A stretch of DNA of 64,000 bases. Origin: a virus. The position numbers and the translations under genes are program-made. Of this stretch, positions 18,019 to 27,502 are shown in pieces. Under the pieces are notes generated by a model. That model searched no databases. It was given only the letters and a program-made list of their open reading frames with translations, and was not told where the DNA came from. Positions within the stretch are counted from its first letter, which is position 1. Every line of letters begins with the position of its first letter. The DNA is taken from positions 5,121 through 69,120 of IMG/VR virus record IMGVR_UViG_2866807700_000004; one strand, written 5' to 3'.

Positions 18019-18339
18019 ATGAGTCCAGAACCCGAACTCGCATCGGCGACCGCACTGCCCCCCCTTCACTGGCACCGGTTCGCAATGCGCCAAGTGCGGG
18101 GCTTGCGCCGCCACCACCAGCTACCGGCCGCCGAACATGCACGCAGGACAGCTCGTCCGCATCGAGCACCTGGAGCGGCAGTGCACCCGCTGCGGCTACC
18201 GGTGGCCCGAGGCAACCACCGACAACGTCCCGCCCGCCAGCCAGGAGGGAACGAGCCGCCCCGCCCTGGCGTTCGCACGTCTAAGGAAGTCGCCCAACGT
18301 GGCGACTCAGCTCCACAGGGCGACGGGAGGGTCAGTTGA
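18019..18339 (+). CDS. zinc-ribbon protein, frameshifted at C7 tract 18058-18064
   Basis: Removing one C gives LPPFTGTGSQCAKCG...ERQCTRCGYRW, joining two CxxC pairs. The 3' end is uncertain. Confidence 0.5.
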   Translation: MSPEPELASATALPPLHWHRFAMRQVRGLRRHHQLPAAEHARRTARPHRAPGAAVHPLRLPVARGNHRQRPARQPGGNEPPRPGVRTSKEVAQRGDSAPQGDGRVS

Positions 18340-19040
18340 CCGACGACGAAGCCGCGCCCGTCCGGCAGGTCGGCGCCGTCTGGTGCGCCGACCACGACCG
18401 GTGGGAATGCGTGAAGAACCGGCGCGCCAAACGCGGCGGAGGCCGCTGCCACCAGCCCGCCATCCCCGGCCTCGACCGCTGCTACCACCACGCCGGTTTC
18501 TCCGCCGAGGTCGCCAAGGCGCAGGGCGAAGCGATGGACGCGTGGACGGCCGCGTACCACGAGGTTGCAGTCACCCCGCAGCAAGCCATCATCGGCATGC
18601 TCAACATGTCGTGGTTCCGCGCGAACTTCTACGCTGGCTTGCTGGAGGAACAGGCACTGCGGGCCCAGTCAGACCGCGAGGAGAACGGCGAACCGTACGT
18701 GAAGGGCGCGCCGCCGGTAGGGGAAGGCGCCGGCCTCATCGGTCACACCTACTCCGCCGACAAGGAGTACGGGATCTTCGCGTCCGGCGAGGCGATCCGC
18801 GGCCTCGTCCAGCTCGAGGCGCAGGAACGCGACCGGGTCGTGAAGTACGCGAAGGTCGCGCATGAGATGGGCATCGCCGAACGCCAGATCCAGCTCGCCG
18901 AGCAGCAGGGCGCGATGCTCGCCGGCGCCGTCCGCAAGATCCTCGACGGCCTCAACCTCACCCCGGACCAGCAGCAGCTCGTCCCGCAGCTCGTCCCGTC
19001 CGTGCTCCGCGCCCTCGCCTCCGGCCACAACGCCGCATAG
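18336..19040 (+). CDS. terminase small subunit-like protein
   Basis: N-terminal C..RC..RCYHH zinc motif; C-terminal 'GIAERQIQLAEQQGAMLAGAVRKIL..LNLTPDQQ..VP' resembles actinophage TerS. Confidence 0.65.
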   Translation: MTDDEAAPVRQVGAVWCADHDRWECVKNRRAKRGGGRCHQPAIPGLDRCYHHAGFSAEVAKAQGEAMDAWTAAYHEVAVTPQQAIIGMLNMSWFRANFYAGLLEEQALRAQSDREENGEPYVKGAPPVGEGAGLIGHTYSADKEYGIFASGEAIRGLVQLEAQERDRVVKYAKVAHEMGIAERQIQLAEQQGAMLAGAVRKILDGLNLTPDQQQLVPQLVPSVLRALASGHNAA

Positions 19041-19047
19041 GAGAACC

Positions 19048-19353
19048 ATGAGCGACCTCACGATCCCACCCTCAGCGGCAGCGCTGGACGACCGCGCCGA
19101 CGTCGGCGGTGGCCTGTGCCCGCTCTGCAAGGTGTGCGCCGACCACCAGATCTCGCACACCTGCATCGTCCAGCCCGGCCCCCTCAGCGACGAGATCTTC
19201 AGCCACGTGCCCCACAGCGAGTTCCAGCCGCTCCACGCGCGCCTCGCAGCACACCCGGCTCGGCCGCTGGACGAGAACGGCGAACGCCGCGGCGTCGACC
19301 GCACCTGGTGCGTATGTGGCTGCACCACCGCCCGGAAGGAGCTCGACCGATGA
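19048..19353 (+). CDS. Cys/His hypothetical protein
   Basis: AGGAGA RBS; CPLC..C.DH...CVCGC. Confidence 0.6.
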   Translation: MSDLTIPPSAAALDDRADVGGGLCPLCKVCADHQISHTCIVQPGPLSDEIFSHVPHSEFQPLHARLAAHPARPLDENGERRGVDRTWCVCGCTTARKELDR

Positions 19354-19547
19354 GAGACCAGACAGGCGTCTGGGTTGCCAGATACGCCGACGGCTCGTCG
19401 ATCTGCCCGTTCGAGGAAGAGATCGACGCGCTCCGCCACGCGGTCGACAACCAGATGGATGTGACGTTCGTGCCCTGGGGCGAGGACGCACGCACCTACC
19501 GGCAGCCGCCCGAGCGGCCCAAGCAGCCCGCAGTGAGGGCGACCTGA
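19350..19547 (+). CDS. small hypothetical protein
   Basis: ATGA and TGATG overlaps. Confidence 0.6.
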   Translation: MRDQTGVWVARYADGSSICPFEEEIDALRHAVDNQMDVTFVPWGEDARTYRQPPERPKQPAVRAT

Positions 19548-20951
19548 TGGCCGCCCAACCCGCAAACGTGCTCCTGGCCGGCATCGTCGGATCCACCGCC
19601 TACGGTCTCGCCGGGCCCGGCTCCGACATCGACAGGCTCGGCGTGTACGCCGCCCCAACGACCGCGTTCCACGGCCTTCACCCGCCGACCGGCCGCGACG
19701 CCACCACGGTCACAACCAAGCCCGACGTGACCTTTCACGAGGCCGGGAAGTGCGCCGCGCTTTGCCTCGGGATGAACCCAACCGTCACGGAACTGATCTG
19801 GCTCCCGGACGGCCTGTACGAGACCCGCACTGCCCTCGGCGAGCAGCTCATCAGCATCCGGACCGCGTTCCTGTCCGCACGCCGGGTCAAAGACGCCTAC
19901 CTCGGCTACGCGGTCTCCCAGTTCAAACGGCTGGAGACCCGCGGCGACGGCTCCTTCAGCGCGGACACCCGCAAACGTACGGCCAAGCACGCCCGCCACC
20001 TCGCCCGGCTCGTCCACCAGGGGGGGCCTCCAGCTGTACCGCACCGGCCACCTTGACGTCCGCCTCGCCGACCCGCAGTGGTACCTGGACTTCGGTGAGC
20101 GCGTCGCCGGCGGAGACCTTGAGGAAGCGCGCTTCGTCCTGTCCGAGGCCGAGGTCGACTTTGCCGCCGCGCGCACACCTTTGCCTGACGAGCCCGACCG
20201 CGCCCGCGTCGAGGAATGGCTCCACTCCGTCCGCGCCGCCCATCTACCCGACCAGGCCAGGCCCTGCCCGCACGCGGCCGAGGCCGCCCGCCTCCACGAA
20301 GGCGAAGACCCCACACCCCGCGACCCGGGCTGCGAGCCGACGCCTGGGCAATGGCTGCACCGGTTCAACAGCGCGCCCCCGCAGCAGCGGCTCACCTGGG
20401 CGGAAGACATCCTGCGGCACGCGCGCGACAGCTCCCGGTGCCGGTTCGAGATGCGCCACGAAGACCAGATCAGCGAGCTAAGCGACCACGTAGAGGAACT
20501 CCAGCACCGCCCGGCCCCGGCTGACGCCGCCCTGTTCCTGGTGGACCTGGACGGCACCATGGCGCTCCGCCAGGACACCGACGACGTCCGCTCCCCATAC
20601 GACTGGGACCGCGTTGGCGAGGACGTCCCGCACACCCCGATCGTCACCGTCGTCCGCGCGCTCGATACCGCAGGGCACCGGATCATCTACCTGTCCGGCC
20701 GCTCGGAGGAGTGTCGCGCCGCGACCGGTGTGTGGATCGCCGCGCACATCGGCGTGTCAGGGGAGGCGCTGCTGATGCGCCCGGCCGGTGACCACCGCCC
20801 CGACCACGTGGTCAAGCGGGCGCTGTACGAGCGGTGGGTCGCGCCGGTCGGGCCCGTCACCGCCGTCCTCGACGACCGCGCCTCCGTCATCCGGATGTGG
20901 CGCGAAGACCTCGGCCTCACCGTCCTCCAAGTCGCTGAAGGGGACTTCTGA
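19547..20951 (+). CDS. RlaP/YcgL-like (PF10127-type) nucleotidyltransferase fused to a T4-PNK-type HAD 3'-phosphatase; frameshifted at G7 tract 20020-20026
   Basis: Pol-beta motif GSTAYG...SDID; one G fewer gives an open frame HQGGLQLYRTG...LPDEPDRARVEEWLHSVR, then the HAD motifs VDLDGT, LSGR, K, LDDR. Confidence 0.8.
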
Positions 20952-20953
20952 CC

Positions 20954-21370
20954 ATGTCCAGTGACCGGCAGCAGCTGCAGGACGCCGCGATGGCTGCCTT
21001 GGACACCATGCGCGCCGGCGACCGCGCCGCCACCGACCGCGCCCTCAACCAGCTCCTCGACGAGCACGGCCCCGCCGCCATCCCGATCGCGCTGATGCAC
21101 TGGTGCGACGCCGCGCTCGCGCCCATCATGCCTCCCGGGGGCGGGCCGGTTCGGCTGTCGTGGATGGACACCGTCACCGGCCGCGTCCAGGCCGGTGACA
21201 TTGGCGTGCCCGTCACCGAGCAGTGGGCCTGTCGACTCCTGGCCGCCCGGGCGAACGGCGACCGCGACATGTTCCTCGACCTCGTGAAGGCCGTGCCCGA
21301 CGAGGCGATCAACGCGCACATCGGCGCGATGGTCCAGATGGCCGCGTGCATCATCCAGGAGGCGCCATGA
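20954..21370 (+). CDS. hypothetical protein
   Basis: Clean ORF in the operon; stop overlaps the next ATG. Confidence 0.65.
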   Translation: MSSDRQQLQDAAMAALDTMRAGDRAATDRALNQLLDEHGPAAIPIALMHWCDAALAPIMPPGGGPVRLSWMDTVTGRVQAGDIGVPVTEQWACRLLAARANGDRDMFLDLVKAVPDEAINAHIGAMVQMAACIIQEAP

Positions 21371-21639
21371 CGCCCTCGGACTACTGGAACCTGGCGGACC
21401 GCTGGATCCTCGACGACCTCAACCGGGCTCTCGAAGACATGTGCCTCGTGTGCATGGGGCGGGGCTGTATCAACTGCCTGCCCGATCGGAGCCCCTTCTC
21501 AGCTGCGAACGCCGCAGAAGACTGCGAACCCGCTGATCCGGCTGGATGGCTCACCTGCACGGGGCCCGGGATCGACCGGCGCCGGGAGGTTGCAGCGGTG
21601 CAACGCATCCTCGCTGCCGCGCGGAGGGACTCGGACTGA
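21367..21639 (+). CDS. small hypothetical protein (CxxC-x4-CxxC)
   Basis: ATGA overlap; CLVCMGRGCINC. Confidence 0.55.
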   Translation: MTPSDYWNLADRWILDDLNRALEDMCLVCMGRGCINCLPDRSPFSAANAAEDCEPADPAGWLTCTGPGIDRRREVAAVQRILAAARRDSD

Positions 21640-22124
21640 TGCCTCGCTTCCTGATCAAGCCTGACCGGGCCCGGGATCTGTACATCGAGTGGTGGACGAT
21701 CGTCGACGCGCCCGTTGGGCACGGCACCCGCGCCGAGTGGGTAGCCGAAGGGATCGCCCCAGGCGGTCTCGACCGCGCGGACCGGACCGGGACATCCGCG
21801 TGCCCGCCGCTGGCCACCGGTGCGTGGGACGACGAAGAACTGATGGTCGCCGAGCCGCTCGGCCGGCAGCGGCTACTGCCGCGCGACCACCTCATCGACT
21901 ACACCCTCGCCCTGTACCGGCGGGCGGTCACCCAGGCGTACGGCATGACCCGCCCCATCGAGATCGACGACAACTACCCGCCAGCGACTCCGGAACGCCG
22001 GCGGGCTGTTCGTGTCCACTGGCGCCGTTGCCGCCGCTGCAACCCGGCCGGGAACCCGGCGCCGCTGCTCGTCGACGGCGCCGGCTACGCCCGCCGCCGC
22101 AAGGCCAGGAGGCGCCGCCGATGA
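21639..22124 (+). CDS. hypothetical protein
   Basis: TGATG overlap; GC3 bias. Confidence 0.6.
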   Translation: MPRFLIKPDRARDLYIEWWTIVDAPVGHGTRAEWVAEGIAPGGLDRADRTGTSACPPLATGAWDDEELMVAEPLGRQRLLPRDHLIDYTLALYRRAVTQAYGMTRPIEIDDNYPPATPERRRAVRVHWRRCRRCNPAGNPAPLLVDGAGYARRRKARRRRR

Positions 22125-22381
22125 CCTACATCAACCCCGAGGACTACGAGCCCGACGGCGAGGCCCTCGACCGGATGACACGTGCCCAGCTCGCCGAGCT
22201 ACCCGGCCCCGAGCGCACGGTCGCGGACGTCCTCGACGAGTGGAACCGCCGCGAGCACGGCGTCATCTCGTCCTCGCACGGCGCCGGGCTGTTCCTCGAC
22301 CTCCTCGCAGCCGAGGGGTACCGCGTCACTCCGATCGACGCGCCCGACCTGTCCGAACTCCTACCGCCGCCCACCGATTAG
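22121..22381 (+). CDS. hypothetical protein
   Basis: ATGA overlap; acidic product. Confidence 0.6.
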   Translation: MTYINPEDYEPDGEALDRMTRAQLAELPGPERTVADVLDEWNRREHGVISSSHGAGLFLDLLAAEGYRVTPIDAPDLSELLPPPTD

Positions 22382-22396
22382 GAACGGAGCCCCACC

Positions 22397-22984
22397 ATGC
22401 GCAAGATTCCGACGATCTTCGTCCGTGACTGGGAGAACGACCCCTCCCGCGTCACCCGCGAACCGAACCCCGACTGCGCCTGGGTGTTCGCCGGCGAGGG
22501 ACGCGCGACCCGCAAACTCGACGGGACCGCCACCCGTCTCGACGAGGACGGCCGGTGGTGGGGGCGCCGGGAGGTCAAGCCCGGCAAGACCCCGCCGCCC
22601 AACTTCCAGCTCGTTCAGGTCGATGACCGGACCGGGAAGCGCACGGGCTGGCAGCCGATCGAGGACACTCCGTACGCCAAAGTGCACGTCGAGGCGCTGA
22701 ACTTCGCCCTTGAGCATGGACCCCAATTCGAGTTGGGCACGTACGAGTTGTGCGGCCCGAAGATCAACCGTGACCCCGAGCAGTTCGGCGTGCACTTCCT
22801 GATCCGCCACGGCACCCACGAACTCGACGACGTCCCGCTCGACTTCGACGGCCTCGCCGCCTGGCTCCTGGCGCACCCGTACGAGGGCATCGTCTGGCAC
22901 CACCCGGACGGACGGCTCGCGAAGCTGAAGCGGCGTGACATCCCTGCCGAGCTCGCGCCGCATCGGGACACGGAAGCCGGATGA
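22397..22984 (+). CDS. ATP-dependent RNA ligase-like protein (DUF5565/C12orf29-like)
   Basis: Covalent nucleotidyltransferase motifs I KLDGT, III YELCG, IV EGIVW, V AKLK; N-terminal MRKIPTIF; no OB-fold DNA-ligase domain. Confidence 0.75.
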   Translation: MRKIPTIFVRDWENDPSRVTREPNPDCAWVFAGEGRATRKLDGTATRLDEDGRWWGRREVKPGKTPPPNFQLVQVDDRTGKRTGWQPIEDTPYAKVHVEALNFALEHGPQFELGTYELCGPKINRDPEQFGVHFLIRHGTHELDDVPLDFDGLAAWLLAHPYEGIVWHHPDGRLAKLKRRDIPAELAPHRDTEAG

Positions 22985-23172
22985 TCGTGACCTTGTACGC
23001 CTTCGGTCGTGAGGTCCTCTCCGTGTGCTGGACCCGCCCCGTCGCTCAGCCCGAGCCCGCGCAGGTGGAGGACGTTCGCCCGGACGCTGGCCCGTTCGGG
23101 TTCGGCGGCGGCACCTTCGGCACCCAAGAACGCGCCTGGCTGCCCGACACCGAACGCCCCATCGACGCATGA
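22981..23172 (+). CDS. small hypothetical protein
   Basis: ATGA overlap. Confidence 0.5.
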   Translation: MIVTLYAFGREVLSVCWTRPVAQPEPAQVEDVRPDAGPFGFGGGTFGTQERAWLPDTERPIDA

Positions 23173-23179
23173 GGACATC

Positions 23180-23542
23180 ATGACCACCGAACGCATCACC
23201 GCCACGAAGCGCTCCAGCATCCTCGCCGTGCCCCGCGAGATCCTGCTCGACCACGGCCTCGTCGAGCCGACCGAAGCCGAACGCGCCGAAGCGGAACGTT
23301 CCGCCGCCGAGTACCAGCGGCGGGCAGCGGCGCGCGCCGAGGTCCTCGTTGCCGCCCGTGAGCAGCTCGCCGCGATCACCGACCCGCTCGCCCGCACCAT
23401 TCTCGACCTCCACGATGAGGGGCACGACGGCACCTGCCAGGGCGATGACATCGACGGTTACGAGGCCGAACGCCCCGACTGGCCGTGCCGGACGGTCGAG
23501 GCCATCGCCGCGCACTACAGCATCCCGCTGGCGGTATCGTGA
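23180..23542 (+). CDS. hypothetical protein
   Basis: GAGGA RBS; LH...C.GDD...WPC.T motif. Confidence 0.6.
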   Translation: MTTERITATKRSSILAVPREILLDHGLVEPTEAERAEAERSAAEYQRRAAARAEVLVAAREQLAAITDPLARTILDLHDEGHDGTCQGDDIDGYEAERPDWPCRTVEAIAAHYSIPLAVS

Positions 23543-24036
23543 GCGCCGCATCGAACGACCTGCTGGAGTTCCTGCGGGCGCGCGGCTGGCCGAGGACGAG
23601 TGGTGGGCGCGCGAAGCCAGCCGCCTACGCGGCCAGGAAGGACAACCGGCCGGAGACCACTGGCAGTGGATCGACCCCGACACGGAACAGGTCCTCCTTG
23701 TTGACCCCGCCCAGAACGAATGCGTGGGAGAGGAAAGCGAGGGCATCTCGGTGAGCCTTCGGAGCAAGGGAGCACTATCCAACGCAGAACGTGGGAGACC
23801 TGCCCAACTTCGCGATCCACTACGCCGAGGAGGTCCCGACTACGGTCGCAAGTCACATCGTCCGCCATGGCCCGGCGCGCGTGCTGGCCGAAGTCGAGAC
23901 CAAGCGGCGGCTGATTGATCAGCACGTCGGCTACTCCGGCGGAGGCGACGACGATCACTGGCCCGTCCAGACGCTTCGTCTGCTCGCCCTGCCGTACGCA
24001 TCCCACCCCGACTACCGGCCCGAATGGCGTCCATGA
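23539..24036 (+). pseudogene. DUF6221-like protein broken by two frameshifts (~23583 and ~23769)
   Basis: 'DLLEFLRAR|LAEDE' start and 'HIVRHGPARVLAEVETKRRLI...LRLLALPYASHPDYRPEWRP' end lie in three frames. Confidence 0.7.
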
Positions 24037-24058
24037 ACCACCACGAGGGGAGCCGTCA

Positions 24059-25003
24059 TTGACCGAGCCTGCCGCCACCATCCCGACCAGCCCGGCCGAA
24101 GAACTCGCCCAGCTCGTCACCGAGCTCGTCGACGAGGTCACCACCGACGAGGCCGTCACCCGGTACAAGCAGGTCAGCCGCGGCGGCGGCCGCACCGTCA
24201 AGGTCGTCGACCCGGACGCCCGCCACATCACCCGCGACGTCGGCCTCCTCGATCAGCTCCACGCGATCAAGTCGGCGAAGGCGACGGTGCCGGTGCGGAT
24301 CTTCCAGTGGGTGAGCGACCACCAGGGGGAGGACGACCGATGCGAGTCGGCGAGGCAGGGGCTGAAATGCGCGCACGGCCGCTGGAAGCACGTCCGCACC
24401 GAGCAGCGCCCGGCCGGAAGGCTCGGCGTCGTCGCCGGCGGCGCGGCCGTCCCCGGCGGCAGCGCCGGATGGGACAGCGACGGCGCCCTCAACCCGCTCC
24501 GCTCTCTCGGGTTCGAATCCGCCAGCCCGGCCACCAGCGCCGTCGAACTGTACGACGACATCCGCCGCGGCATCGACCGGCTCCGCCGCGACCTCCGCCA
24601 AGCCGCGGGCCGCACCTGGGGCGGCCGCAAAGCGCCCTCAGACGCGCTCCGCGAATGCGTCGGGCTGCTCCTGGACGTCGACGACGACACCGCCCGAGAC
24701 GCCGTCCATCAGGTTCGGGGCTGGGTGTCGACGTGCCGGATCCGCCTCGGCTACGACGCCCCGATCGTCAAACTCCGCGACCTCGTCTGCGGGCAGTGCG
24801 GCGGAACGCTCCACGTCCGCGCCGACGCATCCACCGCCGTCTGGTGCGCCGGCTACCCGACCGCGCACGTGACCGGGCCCGGCTGGCCAGGGGACGAGTG
24901 GGGGCCGGTTGAGTACCCGGCCGAACCGGGATGCGGGGAACGGTACCCCCGCGGCTCCTGGATCAAGCTCCTCGAAGACGTAGCGAAAGCAGGTAACACA
25001 TGA
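24059..25003 (+). CDS. hypothetical protein with C-terminal zinc ribbon; last gene of the early + strand run
   Basis: TTG start after GAGGGGAG; CGQCGG...WC...C motif. Confidence 0.65.
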   Translation: MTEPAATIPTSPAEELAQLVTELVDEVTTDEAVTRYKQVSRGGGRTVKVVDPDARHITRDVGLLDQLHAIKSAKATVPVRIFQWVSDHQGEDDRCESARQGLKCAHGRWKHVRTEQRPAGRLGVVAGGAAVPGGSAGWDSDGALNPLRSLGFESASPATSAVELYDDIRRGIDRLRRDLRQAAGRTWGGRKAPSDALRECVGLLLDVDDDTARDAVHQVRGWVSTCRIRLGYDAPIVKLRDLVCGQCGGTLHVRADASTAVWCAGYPTAHVTGPGWPGDEWGPVEYPAEPGCGERYPRGSWIKLLEDVAKAGNT

Positions 25004-25327
25004 GCCATGCGCCCGGGCCCCAGCTCACGCCCGAGTTCACATCCGAACAACTCGAGCGCGCGACCGCCGCATTCCGACGCATCACTGAAGCGTTCAGTGC
25101 GATCGCGGGCGCGATTGAGCGCGCGGCCGGAGATCGATCTCCGCACTGAGATTCCGGAGCTCGGTCGGTCTTGATGGCTCACCGCTCGACCGTCCGGAGC
25201 GGGACGACGGTGCCGCAGCTCATTCTGAAGACCATCCATCCAGCGCCTAGCTGAGCCGAACACATGACCTTGGGGCTTCCTCAAAGACGCCCTGGCAAGA
25301 GAGACGCCCGGTCAAGCCTTGGGTACG

Positions 25328-26635
25328 TCATGAGCTGCCGCTGGAGCCCTCACCCGAATCGTATTGGAGCACGGGTTTCTCCTTTTCTGCTTTCTGGGGG
25401 TCCGGTGCTTTTCTGTTGATTGAGAGTTCCTTCCAGAGGTCCTCGATGTTTTTGTTCTCGAATGTCACCTGGTAGATCAACTTGGCATACAGAGGGAGAA
25501 ACTTGAACGACCAGCCTCCGGCGCACACCACGGCGTTGCGATGTGGGTCCGGAAGTCGATCCAAGACGGCGTTGTGGTCACCGAAATGCGGATGCACGCA
25601 GTTTCCGGAGTAGACTGGATAAGGTTCGACCCCCAAACAGTGATTTTTGATGAAGTCAACGGTTTTCTTCACATCGTCACGAGCTGGTACGAGGTCCTGT
25701 CTCTCGTCCGTCCGGTTGGGCAACTTCATGGTTTTCTGCGTGGTCGACTCCCAGCCGATTTTAGCGAGGTTGGGCGGTCCCCATGGGACGGGCGGGAAGC
25801 CATAGTACAGTTCGTCTGTTCTTTCACCGAAATAGACCCACATGCCCGGGTAGATGTTGTCGATTTTCGGATCGGTCGCATAGTAGTCGTAAACCATGTC
25901 CCAGACCGCGTAATTGAGTTTGTATTTCTTCTGGGGCTGGATGTTCTTCAGAACCTCGTTGGTATAGGCACCGCACGCGATGACACATTTCTTGGCCGTG
26001 TATGTTCTCGGTGTGCCTGCATCGCTGAATCTGTCTTTATCCTCCTTCACTGTCGCCTTAACGGTCACTGATTCGTTGTCCACTTTAACGGCCGTGACCT
26101 CGGCCTTTTCGATGAGGGTCGCGAGGTTTCGTTGCGCCAGCTTGTAGAAGGTCCGCAGGATCAACGGTACGTTCATCACGCCATTGTCTGGCGAGAAGTA
26201 TCCATCGTACTTGAAGTTCGTGAGATGAAATTCTTTCTCGATCTCCTCTTTGCTTAGTGGTCGGCATGGCCTGCCCAGCTTCGTGAGAGCTTCCTTTACC
26301 TTTTTGTATTCGCCCTGCGCGCCCGCCGTGGATTTATTGCTTCCGAAGTTCAGTTGCCCTGTCATCCAGAGCAGCTTCTCCCCGGAGTCTTTCTCCAGTT
26401 CATGCCACATCTTCAGGGAATTGATGGCTCTTTGGGTGTCCTCCGGTGTGGAATACAGGATTCGGAACATCCGCATGATGTCGCCGGAACTTCCCGAATG
26501 ATGGAAGAACTTCCGTGCCTCCAGGACCAGGACCTTCTTCCCCTTCCTTGCGCTGTGGCATGCGGTGGCGAGCCCGATGGCTCCGCCGCCGACGACGACC
26601 AGGTCGTACTGTGGCCCTTGGGCGTTACTGTTCAT
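25328..26635 (-). CDS. FAD-dependent oxidoreductase, monomeric sarcosine/pipecolate oxidase family
   Basis: Rossmann motif YDLVVVGGGAIG..A, 'GSSG...RMFR', a Cys at the flavinylation-equivalent position (GNCVHP), 'GGWSFKF'; markedly lower GC than the flanks. Confidence 0.85.
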   Translation of the reverse strand: MNSNAQGPQYDLVVVGGGAIGLATACHSARKGKKVLVLEARKFFHHSGSSGDIMRMFRILYSTPEDTQRAINSLKMWHELEKDSGEKLLWMTGQLNFGSNKSTAGAQGEYKKVKEALTKLGRPCRPLSKEEIEKEFHLTNFKYDGYFSPDNGVMNVPLILRTFYKLAQRNLATLIEKAEVTAVKVDNESVTVKATVKEDKDRFSDAGTPRTYTAKKCVIACGAYTNEVLKNIQPQKKYKLNYAVWDMVYDYYATDPKIDNIYPGMWVYFGERTDELYYGFPPVPWGPPNLAKIGWESTTQKTMKLPNRTDERQDLVPARDDVKKTVDFIKNHCLGVEPYPVYSGNCVHPHFGDHNAVLDRLPDPHRNAVVCAGGWSFKFLPLYAKLIYQVTFENKNIEDLWKELSINRKAPDPQKAEKEKPVLQYDSGEGSSGSS

Positions 26636-27428
26636 CTCAGTCTCCCGTCCTTGTCGTGATGGGTGATCGTCGGTCCCGCGGAAGGTGTCCGGCCGATCGA
26701 CACGGCGCCTGATGGCACCGGCCTCCCCCTCTACCTGCCTCACTTTGAACAAACTCCACCTCAACAGCGCGTTCGTACTCCCTTCGGGGCGGAGGTCAAC
26801 GACCAGCAGCGGTTTATCTCCAGGTCCCGATCAGCACTCCACCCTGGGCAAACGGGCACAGAGCCGGCCGTGCGCAATCCGCGTTACGTGGGCGGGTTCT
26901 GGCATTGTGAGGAGGCGAAGCGGTTCGGGGACCTCATGCCTGACTGCGAGCGGATAGTGCTGGCCTGAGCTGCCGGGTACACGGCCCCGGCTGCTTGGGC
27001 CCGTGGGGCTACGAACGAGGCCCACACCGACCAGCACCATCCCTACATGCCCGAGCAACTCGCCGTGCGGGAAGAGGGCCCGCACTTCTACGCCTACCCA
27101 ACCCACGAGGCGTACCTCGAAGGCCGGCACCTGTGGCGCGCGTACCGCCGCAACGAACGCCTGCACGCCGACGAGGCCGCCGTCCGGTGGGCGCTCATCG
27201 ACCAGCGCATCCTTCGCGCGGCGGGCGATTGAATCCACATGCGTCGTGACGAAGCGCGACCTACAGGGGAGGAGGATCCGAGCCTTGATCGGGTCGGGGC
27301 GGCGACGGCGCGAGACGAGGCACCCGGCGGGACGGCGGAAGCCAGCATCGGCCGGATCGCGCAGAGCCTCTTGAAACGGAACCGCTGGCGCTGGTTCCCC
27401 CGGCGCGCTGAGGGCTCGGGTCCCTCGA

Positions 27429-27502
27429 AGTGGAGTGGAGCAGTTCGGTAGCTCGCTGGGGTCATAATCCAGAGGTCGGCGGTTCGAATCCGTCCTCCGC
27501 CA
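27429..27502 (+). tRNA. tRNA-Met(CAT), initiator-like, CCA not encoded
   Basis: Acceptor AGTGGAG/CTCCGCC with a 1:72 mismatch; D arm GAGC/GCTC; anticodon arm CTGGG-GTCATAA-TCCAG; T arm GGCGG-TTCGAAT-CCGTC. Confidence 0.85.

Noticed and set aside
18058-18064. C7 tract as a programmed frameshift or phase-variation switch
   Set aside because: Cannot be distinguished from a homopolymer sequencing error given the many other indels.
27233-27428. Additional tRNA or ncRNA upstream of tRNA-Met
   Set aside because: Short hairpins only; no cloverleaf or T-loop consensus.
27429-27502. tRNA as the prophage attachment site
   Set aside because: Phage-type genes continue on both sides, and I found no duplicated tRNA 3' end or integrase in the window.
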